From contig CP178758.1 of assembly GCA_047651235.1 (NCBI GenBank), forward strand, positions 3,660,001 to 3,692,000: 32,000 bases of DNA, read 5' to 3'. How positions within the stretch are numbered: position 1 is the first letter of the stretch; each line of letters begins with the position of its first letter. Shown here piece after piece: positions 17,563 to 25,006 of this stretch. The stretch comes from Candidatus Electrothrix yaqonensis. Lineage in GTDB: Bacteria; Desulfobacterota; Desulfobulbia; Desulfobulbales; Desulfobulbaceae. A program made the position numbers and the translations under genes. The notes under the pieces are model-generated. The model ran no database searches. It had not been told where the DNA came from and saw only the letters and a program-made list of their open reading frames with translations.

Positions 17563-18561
17563 ATGACAGAAAAAAAATTGGAAGCCGCAAATGCACCTGA
17601 CAGCCAAAGCCGTCGGAAAACTATGAAAAAGCTGGCTGTAGGGGTCGGCGCACTGGCCGGATACAGTTCATTGCCTGAAAAATGGGTATCGCCGATCATT
17701 GAAGGCATTGTCCTTCCTGCCCACGCCCAGACATCGGCAGCGCTCTCTGTCACGAATCCGACAATGGAGCTGATCGGCGGGAGTTCCCGTACAGGTGACA
17801 TGACCCTTCGCGTAACCGGAAGTGTCTCTCCCCCCAGATCGGGGGCGGATCTGAGCTTAACCATTGAAGGGCTTACAGAAGCGACAGGATTCCATCGGCA
17901 GGAGGAGAACCGGGGAGCCTCGGGTTTTCTCGCATCTGTGGCGGATAGCCTTGTTCCGTCGGCTGAAGCCGGGTCACACAAGAAACACAAGGTAAAGGTA
18001 AAGACCGATGCCAAAGGAGCCTTTTCGGTCATCATTGTACTCCACTTCGGTCCGGGGATCGTCCTGTTGAGGTGTGCATGTAAGATTTTCGGCGTGTTTA
18101 TCGGTTATATAGGTTCTCTGGAAGTGCCGGACTGCGACCCCTGTACTACGAAAAAAGGCACCACGGACAAACCGAAGGAAACCACCACGACTGAGGCGCC
18201 AGCAGAAGAAGCGGAAGTGGAGGTGGACAACGCGGCACCATCAGCATGCGAGCTTGTCGTAACTGACACTGACGGGAAAACAGTGACCTTATCGGTCGGA
18301 AAAGACGGCGGGTCCGGGTTGGAAGCTCGGGGAAGCGTAAATAGTCTGCTGAAGAAGCTCAGATTGGAGGCTCTGGATCAGGATGCACTGGGTACGACAA
18401 CCTTTACAGTCACCTGCACATTGACCTATGAAGACCAGACAACAAACGAAGAGGTCGGCGAACTTTCTGCTTCAGATACGATATTTTCATATACCCATCA
18501 GACACCAGATGTTGTCATTGAACTGATAGTAATTTCCATTACTGAGGATTTGCCGATTTGA
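17563..18561 (+). CDS. Secreted protein of unknown family with a Tat-like signal (SRRKTMKKLAVGVGALAG ... LPAHA/QTS), two beta-rich domains and a Thr/Glu-rich linker
   Basis: 332-aa ORF with a strong SD and its own promoter and terminator. It has a twin-Arg n-region, a hydrophobic h-region and an AxA cleavage site. Motifs include KVKTDAKGAFSV (Ig/CarboxypepD_reg-like strand), a CAC...C.PC cysteine cluster and the TTKKGTTDKPKETTTTEAPAEEAE linker. Confidence 0.6.
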   Translation: MTEKKLEAANAPDSQSRRKTMKKLAVGVGALAGYSSLPEKWVSPIIEGIVLPAHAQTSAALSVTNPTMELIGGSSRTGDMTLRVTGSVSPPRSGADLSLTIEGLTEATGFHRQEENRGASGFLASVADSLVPSAEAGSHKKHKVKVKTDAKGAFSVIIVLHFGPGIVLLRCACKIFGVFIGYIGSLEVPDCDPCTTKKGTTDKPKETTTTEAPAEEAEVEVDNAAPSACELVVTDTDGKTVTLSVGKDGGSGLEARGSVNSLLKKLRLEALDQDALGTTTFTVTCTLTYEDQTTNEEVGELSASDTIFSYTHQTPDVVIELIVISITEDLPI

Positions 18562-18623
18562 GCAGAACGGATTTTTCCAATTCAACTCCTGACCGGGTAA
18601 CCTCTCAGAATCAAGAGAGTTCA

Positions 18624-18634
18624 GGGGGGGGGGG
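18624..18634. repeat. Homopolymeric G11 tract (intergenic)
   Basis: Eleven consecutive G, read directly. It lies between the 18561 stop and the terminator hairpin. Confidence 0.9.
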
Positions 18635-18642
18635 ATTCCTGT

Positions 18643-18677
18643 AAGGCCGTGGTGTTCTGCTGCGGCCTTTTTTTATT
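18643..18677 (+). terminator. Rho-independent terminator for the 17563-18561 gene, sitting between convergent genes
   Basis: AAGGCCG (18643-18649) pairs with CGGCCTT (18663-18669), with extra G-U/G-C pairs inside. The hairpin is followed by TTTTTTTATT. Confidence 0.6.
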
Positions 18678-18776
18678 CCGCAGGCAGCTAGCAGATGTGC
18701 TGGCCGCTCGATATTAAGTTAAGGCAACGACAGGCGGAAGTCAGGCATTGCGTATGCTCAACAACAAGGCCCCCGT

Positions 18777-20585
18777 CTACCGAATCTTCCTGTACAGCGC
18801 TGCAGCAAGCGTCTTCCAGTTTCTGAGCAAGGTGAGCCGTGACTGCCGCTTTTTCAGTTCCTGACTGACCTCCAGCGGCAGATTTGCCTGCAGAAAAATA
18901 TCCCAGTAAAGTTTGATCCACCAGAAAATGTGTTTGGGATGTTCAGCCAGCAGGGCCCGCAGACGCCCCAACCGTCCTGTCGGGGCGTAATAAATCCGTA
19001 GCCACCAGTCCGGCGGCAGGAAAGTATCCCGCAGGATCGGGAGCATGCCTCTGCCTTTCTGCTCGCCCAGTTTTCGTCTCGGCCAGCCTGTGAACGATGC
19101 CCCGACTTTTTTTGGTTCTGGTTCGTTCCGCAATGATAACCGCCTGCACACGGTCTCGCTCCAGGGCGTTAAATAATGCAGGTGCGGCAGTGCTCGGAGT
19201 AGGTGGGGATATACCGATTTAATCCGGTCCCAGTCGATGGTCTCCAGCCTGCTTTCGATAAGGCTGACGATATCGGCAGCGGAGATTAGTTTATACGGAT
19301 CATAGGTGAGCGGTGCATGGAATCCATGCTGATACAGATGCCACAGCATTTCCTCATCTGCCAGAGTGTATGCTGTTACTCCGTCTGCATCAAAGGATGC
19401 TGCATTGCGGTACAGCATATCAAAGTCAACCTTTTCGGAATACGGCGGGCAGTCCGGGTAGAGATTACGGTGCAGCTCAAGACAGATCCGGATTCCATCC
19501 ATTTCCTGATAGAGCTCTGCCAAGTGCAAGTGGTCTGCTGCTGTCGGAGTACCCGGATCGAGAAAACCGTGCTTTTGCAGCAGGGCATGGGCAGGCAGGG
19601 CGTCCTTCCAAGGAAGCAGCAGATCGATATCCCGCATAGGACGCAGGCCCGGTTCCGGATACTGGGTATGACAGAGGGCTGCGCCTTTCAGGACAAGAAC
19701 CGGAAAGCCTTCACTTTCCAGCAGAGCCAATATTCTGCCCAACGCCTTGGTCAGCAGCAGATTGGTCTGCCGGTGCCTGAGACAGAGTAGTCTGAGCCTG
19801 CGGAGAAAATTGTCTGGCAGGGCAATCCCGGCAGCTGTGCAATGTCGGTGCAGCAACGGGGCCATGCCGTGCGCCTCGGCCTGCTCAAGCAGATCATCCC
19901 AGCCGCTGAAACCGGCACATGCTTTGACAAGAAGTTCCTGCTGCAGCTGATGCGGTTCGATTCTGGCGCAGAGGCTGAGAATTTGCCGTGTGATCCCAAT
20001 CCCATGCATGTTATCTGCATCCGGTTCTGCAGCCTGCTGTGCAGCGGAACAACTCACCGTCTTTTCCTGAGAATGGAGTGCTGTTCTCATAAAGTTGGGA
20101 ATATAGCGCCAATCCCCTATTTCCGGATGCACACAGACATAGGCAGGGACATCTGCGAGGCTTCCGTACTGACGATACTGGGCAAGTGCCCGATGATTGC
20201 CGTCAATAATGACCCAAGGACCGTCGGGCTGAGCGCAGATCAGTGTAAGGGCAAGCTGCGGAGATGAGCGCAGATCAACCGGCTGTTTCCCGCTCTGTTC
20301 ACTATGCGTTATAAAGGATTCAATCCTTTTTCTTGTCGAATCATCGGCCTTCTTCTGGTCAAAATCTCTTAGTCTGCCAGTATAGCCTTCAGTCCACGGA
20401 ACAAAATCGCAGTCAAGCAGATAGACGCTATCTGTGTCTTCCGGCTCCAGCATGGCTTTATATAGCTTGAATGCATCTGTCGGGGCATGACGGTCCATCT
20501 CATGACTGCCGAGCACCACGCTGGTTTCGCAGTTCTGTTCATGCTTCCGGAGTTCCTCCAGAGAAAGCGGATGAAGAATCTTCAA
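18777..20585 (-). CDS. Fusion protein: N-terminal ParB/Srx-fold-like domain (DGNHR motif) plus an uncharacterised nucleotidyltransferase (NTP_transf_5/PF14907-like)
   Basis: 602 aa with an apparent TTG start preceded by AGGGTAGGG. The N-terminal ~180 aa contain PDGPWVIIDGNHRALAQYRQYG...VPAYV (ParB/sulfiredoxin pattern G..HR..A). The rest matches the family as I remember it: GFPVLVLKGAAL....YPEPGLRPMRDIDLLLP...A...L...GF. Confidence 0.65.
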   Translation of the reverse strand: MKILHPLSLEELRKHEQNCETSVVLGSHEMDRHAPTDAFKLYKAMLEPEDTDSVYLLDCDFVPWTEGYTGRLRDFDQKKADDSTRKRIESFITHSEQSGKQPVDLRSSPQLALTLICAQPDGPWVIIDGNHRALAQYRQYGSLADVPAYVCVHPEIGDWRYIPNFMRTALHSQEKTVSCSAAQQAAEPDADNMHGIGITRQILSLCARIEPHQLQQELLVKACAGFSGWDDLLEQAEAHGMAPLLHRHCTAAGIALPDNFLRRLRLLCLRHRQTNLLLTKALGRILALLESEGFPVLVLKGAALCHTQYPEPGLRPMRDIDLLLPWKDALPAHALLQKHGFLDPGTPTAADHLHLAELYQEMDGIRICLELHRNLYPDCPPYSEKVDFDMLYRNAASFDADGVTAYTLADEEMLWHLYQHGFHAPLTYDPYKLISAADIVSLIESRLETIDWDRIKSVYPHLLRALPHLHYLTPWSETVCRRLSLRNEPEPKKVGASFTGWPRRKLGEQKGRGMLPILRDTFLPPDWWLRIYYAPTGRLGRLRALLAEHPKHIFWWIKLYWDIFLQANLPLEVSQELKKRQSRLTLLRNWKTLAAALYRKIR

Positions 20586-20630
20586 TGCCCTACCCTATGC
20601 CCTGTCCCTGCTTTGCCTGCGGCAAAGAAA

Positions 20631-20948
20631 TCAGCTGTGTTCGATAGCCGACCCCTCGGTATCGTCGTCGGCATTATCAGCGTACCGCAGGACTCCCTGG
20701 GCAAGCAGTGCGTCAAGCGCAGCAGCAATATCAGCGCTGACAGCAGATTTCTGCGCAGGAAAGGCTTCTTCCAGCAGGGCGGTCATTTCTTCCTGCGAAT
20801 GGCCTTTGTCCGCCATTGCGCAGACCAGCCGGGCTGTTTCGTTAAGGTAGACGCCTTTGCCGGTGGAAACAGCATAGAGCAGCGTTTCGCCGTCAAACTC
20901 TTCTGCTTTGAAATCAGGATTCAGAGAAAATTTTCTTGTCGGTTCCAT
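20631..20948 (-). CDS. PqqD-family protein (RiPP recognition element-type peptide chaperone)
   Basis: 105 aa. F.GETLLY...GK.VYLNETA..V....DKGHS.EEM...L.E.F......V..DI...LD.L...GVL is the PqqD/RRE pattern, followed by an acidic tail. Confidence 0.75.
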   Translation of the reverse strand: MEPTRKFSLNPDFKAEEFDGETLLYAVSTGKGVYLNETARLVCAMADKGHSQEEMTALLEEAFPAQKSAVSADIAAALDALLAQGVLRYADNADDDTEGSAIEHS

Positions 20949-21050
20949 ATGGTTTCATATGTCAGATTTGGTCATGCAGAGTTGAAAGAAACGGATACTC
21001 CGGGCTGACCGGCGTCATGCGGGGAGCAGCGTTCTGTCGTTCAGGAGAAA

Positions 21051-21959
21051 TCAGGAAAAAGTATCCCGGAAAAATTCAGGCAAAGCGTCTGCAAGCAGGG
21101 GCCGCAGCCCGGCAAAGCTCCCGTAGGTCAGCTGCAGGATCGGAACATCTCTGCTCAGCCGGGCTAAGCCGCTGATGCCGTGCCCGGGAATATTTCGCGC
21201 ATTTACATAGCATTCCATAAGCCGCGAGCAGCCTCTGCCCGGTGTTAGTTTGGTCAATTCGGTCCGGGCACCGGCCCGGAACCGGGGAAATAGGATTAAT
21301 GCCGGTCGGGGAGTCGCCGGAGTAAATGCAGGATTGAGCAGGCGATGCGGCACCATGAACCCGCTATCGCCTGTCAGTATTTTGGCGCTGTCATTGTTAA
21401 ACCGGACATACGGAGCAAGGGCCGCTGCAGCCTCCGGGCGGAGGGTGACCGGTCGGGTGAACGGCTGGATGCGGTACTCATCTCCTGAAAGGATGACCAG
21501 TTCATCGGTCAGATAGCCGCAACCGCAGGCTGTCAGCCAAGCAGCAAAGGTACTTTTCCCGGCGCCGGTGTTGCCTGGAATGAGCACGCCTTTTTTCCCG
21601 CAAAGAACCGCTGCCGCATGAACTGCCGGCCCACTGTCGTTGTTTTCCAGGCATTGAAAAATAATTTCATTGAGCAGGGCATAGGCCAGCTCCCGGCGGC
21701 ACTCCCCCTGATAGAGCAGCTCGCCTTCCCGGTGCAGGGACATCGACTCTTTCCCGGAAAAGACAAGCCTGCATTCGGCATGGGGTTTCGCATGCTGAAC
21801 GTACTGAGCGTGCTGATTGTCCTGCAGATCTGCACATAAAAAATCGACAAGGGCTGCCGCTGCCGGGCTGTTGCAGCTGATACGGACGTATTGGCCGCAG
21901 AAACCGACAATTTTATCGACACGCTCACCGGCACGACAACAGAGCGAAGTGTTATACAT
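21051..21959 (-). CDS. HprK-related kinase (HPr kinase/phosphorylase C-terminal-domain-like, intact P-loop)
   Basis: 302 aa. HAAAVLCGKKGVLIPGNTGAGKSTFAAWLTACGCGYLTDELV parallels the HprK block G.SG.GKSE.A..L...G..L..DD. An 8-nt overlap with the upstream parA-like gene is present. Confidence 0.75.
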   Translation of the reverse strand: MYNTSLCCRAGERVDKIVGFCGQYVRISCNSPAAAALVDFLCADLQDNQHAQYVQHAKPHAECRLVFSGKESMSLHREGELLYQGECRRELAYALLNEIIFQCLENNDSGPAVHAAAVLCGKKGVLIPGNTGAGKSTFAAWLTACGCGYLTDELVILSGDEYRIQPFTRPVTLRPEAAAALAPYVRFNNDSAKILTGDSGFMVPHRLLNPAFTPATPRPALILFPRFRAGARTELTKLTPGRGCSRLMECYVNARNIPGHGISGLARLSRDVPILQLTYGSFAGLRPLLADALPEFFRDTFS

Positions 21960-22986
21960 TTTTCATCATTTCATGCAGTTCTTCGGCCATCTGTTCAAAA
22001 ACTTTTCTGAAATTATCTCGGCTTTTTTTCATGGTTTCTAAAACAAATCCACCTTGTTCAAGTTGATCGTCGCCGAGTGCGAAAATAGGTACGTTAAACT
22101 TTTGAGATTGCGCAATCAGCGAATTGAAATCTGAAACATTTGCTAAATTATATGGCTCGTCATTTGCTGAATATCTCTTAAATTCTTCAGCAGTTATTGC
22201 CATCTTAATTGGTTCGAGTGCTGGAATGAGCTTACCTGAAACAGTCTTTTTAATTATGTCAATCCAGCGCTGAAAAGATTTGGCGGGAGCGCCACTTCTG
22301 GGCCTATATCTTTGTGAAATAAATCCTATGAATTTAGGTGGGATATTGGGGAGTCTATAATCTACGGTATTGCTTCTGAAAGAAGCCACATCCGTATTCC
22401 ACTTAGGGACAACACTTGAAAGTGACTTGATTGCCTGCGCACAGAAGAAATCAGGAGACGTTGGAACAATAAAATAATCGCTGGACATTAGAAGGCACTC
22501 ATTAAGTGCACCAACACTGGGACTCATATCGATTATGATATATTCAAACTCATGTTTTTCTCCCGTTATACGAAGAAGTTCACCAATACTTCCCGGTAGA
22601 TTTCTGATCGCAGGTATAGCTGTACTGGCTGTCAATGCAACGCTTACTTGCGTCTCAATCTCTGAAAGCGCCAAGTTGCCGCAATAAATAAACAGGTTGC
22701 CATTTCCTGTCGGAGCAGGGTTTCCCGGCTGAAGACCGGTCAAGCTCCCGGACATAACCGGTTGAAGCCCTGCGGAAAGGTCGCAACCAGGGTTGGTAGC
22801 ATAAAAATCCTCAATATCTTCTATAGAATTATAATCGAGGACCAAGGCAGTCAAATTACATTGTGGGTCGGCGTCAACAATCAGTGTTTTATGTCCCTGC
22901 TCCGCAAGAACCCAGCCGAGATTAAAGGCTGTGGTTGTCTTGCTTACTCCACCTTTGTGATTAAACAGTGAAATTAGTTTCATCAA
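21952..22986 (-). CDS. ParA/MinD-superfamily ATPase (deviant Walker A) with a long C-terminal extension; markedly AT-rich
   Basis: 344 aa. The N-terminus reads KLISLFNHKGGVSKTTTAFNLGWVLAEQGHKTLIVDADPQCNLT. The SD AAGGATGGAG lies 12 nt after the trpD stop. Hand counts of two 60-nt lines give ~33-37% GC, against ~70% in a trpD line. Confidence 0.85.
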   Translation of the reverse strand: MMKLISLFNHKGGVSKTTTAFNLGWVLAEQGHKTLIVDADPQCNLTALVLDYNSIEDIEDFYATNPGCDLSAGLQPVMSGSLTGLQPGNPAPTGNGNLFIYCGNLALSEIETQVSVALTASTAIPAIRNLPGSIGELLRITGEKHEFEYIIIDMSPSVGALNECLLMSSDYFIVPTSPDFFCAQAIKSLSSVVPKWNTDVASFRSNTVDYRLPNIPPKFIGFISQRYRPRSGAPAKSFQRWIDIIKKTVSGKLIPALEPIKMAITAEEFKRYSANDEPYNLANVSDFNSLIAQSQKFNVPIFALGDDQLEQGGFVLETMKKSRDNFRKVFEQMAEELHEMMKNV

Positions 22987-22998
22987 ATTTCTCCATCC

Positions 22999-24027
22999 TT
23001 AATCCGTACTGCAGAAGCTGATCAGACGGTCAAGCCGTTCCAGAGCTGCCCCGGACGCCACAACCTCCCGTGCCTGCTCCACCCCCTGACGCAGATCGTC
23101 TGCCTTTCCCGCAGCCACCAGGGCTGCTCCGGCATTGAGCAGCACCATATCCAGCCGGGCACCGGGGGTATTGCTCAACACTTCGCGTACAAGGGCGGCT
23201 GATTCCTCGGCAGTGGCGCCGCCCCGGATATCCTCCATCCCGGCCCGTGCCAGCCCGACATCCTCCGGGGTAACAGTATAGGTCTCCACCTTGCCGTCAT
23301 GGGCATCCGCCACATGGGAAGCACCGGTGACCGTCATCTCGTCCATATTACCCTCACCCCAGACCACCAGGGTTCTCTTCATCCCCAGCCTGCCCAGCAC
23401 TTCGGCAATGGGCACGGTCAGTTCCTTGGCAAAGACACCGGTGAGCTGCACATTGCTTCCGGCCGGGTTAGTCATGGGGCCGAGGATATTAAAAATCGTC
23501 CGGATCCCCAGTTCCCGCCTCGGGCCGATGGCGTGCTTCATGGCGCCGTGCAGCATGGGCGCAAACAGAAAGCCGATTCCCACCGTGCGCACGCATTCAC
23601 CCACCCGGTCTGCCGATATGGACAGGTCAACCCCCAAGGCCTCCAGCACGTCCGCACTGCCGCAGGACGACGACACGGCCCGGTTGCCGTGTTTAGCCAC
23701 CGGGATACCTGCCCCGGCCACGACAAAGGCCGTGGTGGTGGAGACGTTGAAGGTTCCGGAACCGTCGCCGCCCGTACCCACAATATCCATGAGCAGATCA
23801 GAGGCGGTATCCACGCCGGTGTCCACAAAGGTGGCCTTTTCCCGCATCACCCGGACGGCCCCGGCGATTTCGTCAATGGTCTCACCCTTCATGCGCAGGG
23901 CCGTGAGAAAGGAGCCGATCTGGGCATCCGTTGCCTGCCCGCTCATGATCTCCTGCATGACCGCAGTCATCTGCTGTTCGTCAAGGTCCCGGCCGGTCAC
24001 CACCCGGGCGATAGCTTCCTGGATCAT
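22999..24027 (-). CDS. trpD: Anthranilate phosphoribosyltransferase
   Basis: 342 aa with canonical TrpD blocks: GFLTALRMKGET, VGTGGDG..TFNVST, AKHGNRAVSS.CGSADVLEALG, GIGFLFAP..H.AMK, R.ELG.RT.FN.LGP..NPA. Confidence 0.92.
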   Translation of the reverse strand: MIQEAIARVVTGRDLDEQQMTAVMQEIMSGQATDAQIGSFLTALRMKGETIDEIAGAVRVMREKATFVDTGVDTASDLLMDIVGTGGDGSGTFNVSTTTAFVVAGAGIPVAKHGNRAVSSSCGSADVLEALGVDLSISADRVGECVRTVGIGFLFAPMLHGAMKHAIGPRRELGIRTIFNILGPMTNPAGSNVQLTGVFAKELTVPIAEVLGRLGMKRTLVVWGEGNMDEMTVTGASHVADAHDGKVETYTVTPEDVGLARAGMEDIRGGATAEESAALVREVLSNTPGARLDMVLLNAGAALVAAGKADDLRQGVEQAREVVASGAALERLDRLISFCSTD

Positions 24028-24568
24028 AATGGAATTTCCTCAAAGTCGTAGTTGGTTGCAGGTTCTGCTTTGCTGCGGATTCTCAGCCGAAACGCGACAC
24101 CTGTACATTCAGCCGTTAAAGATACGGTATGATGGACTCTTCTGCAAGAAGTAATTCCGGACGGCTGTCTTGTTGGCGTAATAATCTAACTGTCGCGTCC
24201 CATGTGATTGGATACCCGGAAGAAGCTGGTTAACCGCTCGGAATGCAATCACTTGGCGGAATACGGGCAACTGCTTGCTCGTATCGTGAGTAACTGCATG
24301 GTCGTGGCATGAGCAAGTGCTTGGGGATGGATTCGTGCTGTAATAGGCTGTGATATCGGGATGGGTATTTTTTGTTGACTTTTTTGATTCAGCATGGTTA
24401 AAAGTTGACATTAATAGCTGATGTTACGCACGCCAATCCATCTTGTTCTCCTGCGGTCAATGTCGGTAAAGGTGGTGCTTCACCGGCATATTCTACAGGA
24501 AGGATGGATTGGCTTTAACTCCTAATTCGCATTCATAATCTACAATATCCTCTAGCAGGAAAAATACC

Positions 24569-25006
24569 ATGATGCATTATTATAGATTCTTTTCTGCCTC
24601 AATTTTTGGCCTCTTTGCCTTCACTGCTCCTTCATTTGCTGCGCCTACGAACCCATGGATAGAATCTATGGCAGATGAATTTGCTTTGGCTGCAGCGCGA
24701 TCCGTTTGCTACAGCGGACTGAGCAGGCAATCAAGTCACTCAATCATAATAATTCCGCTTCCAAACAGTACAGTAAACCTTGATAGCTTATGCCATTCCA
24801 GGATAAATAGCTATTGGCATGCCGGAGGAGTAGCCAAGCCACGATACTATTCTCAGGACTGCAACGCGGAGATCAATAACAGATATTACGGTGGCGGTTA
24901 TACTAGTTTTGTTGAAGAATCTTATTTTGAAACGCATTCGGCCAACTACCCTAACTGCAACGCCACCAATGCGTTCGTTTGCTGCTCACCACAATTCTCG
25001 AATTAG
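24569..25006 (+). CDS. Small secreted Cys-rich protein of unknown family, in an AT-rich islet
   Basis: 145 aa. Sec-type signal MMHYYRFFSASIFGLFAFTAPSFA/AP, 8 Cys, and a C-terminal NCNATNAFVCC. An AGGA SD is present. I recognise no family. Confidence 0.5.
   Translation: MMHYYRFFSASIFGLFAFTAPSFAAPTNPWIESMADEFALAAARSVCYSGLSRQSSHSIIIIPLPNSTVNLDSLCHSRINSYWHAGGVAKPRYYSQDCNAEINNRYYGGGYTSFVEESYFETHSANYPNCNATNAFVCCSPQFSN

Noticed and set aside
17326-17607. 93-aa ORF containing LPLLPLLPLLPLLPLLPLL
   Set aside because: The repeat peptide is just the translation of the 9-bp intergenic tandem array. The ORF also crosses both promoters and the start of the 17563 gene.
18688-18921. 77-aa ORF with a Cys-rich tail (CLTSACRCLNLISSGQHIC) as a possible precursor peptide after the nucleotidyltransferase gene
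   Set aside because: Its only start codon lies deep inside the 602-aa gene in another frame. No in-frame ATG, GTG or TTG exists after the upstream gene's stop, and there is no SD.
20611-20627. Tight hairpin CTTTGCC-TGC-GGCAAAG between pqqD and the fusion gene, as a possible terminator
   Set aside because: No U-tract follows on the transcribed (minus) strand, and the next gene starts 25 nt later. At most it is an intercistronic stability element, which cannot be assessed from sequence.
13866-22986. Kinase-type lasso peptide biosynthetic gene cluster
   Set aside because: The window contains no Asn-synthetase-like lasso cyclase, no transglutaminase-like B2 protease and no ABC exporter, and I found no convincing precursor peptide. 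Only the accessory-type genes (kinase, PqqD, nucleotidyltransferase) are present.
23291-24154. 287-aa and 250-aa plus-strand ORFs
   Set aside because: They are antisense to trpD, whose identity is unambiguous. Their sequences are compositionally biased.
24109-24411. 100-aa minus-strand ORF upstream of trpD
   Set aside because: It has no SD, an odd composition (S/T/H/N-rich) and no motif, and it lies in an AT-rich non-coding-looking gap. I also looked for a Trp-codon leader peptide for attenuation and found none.
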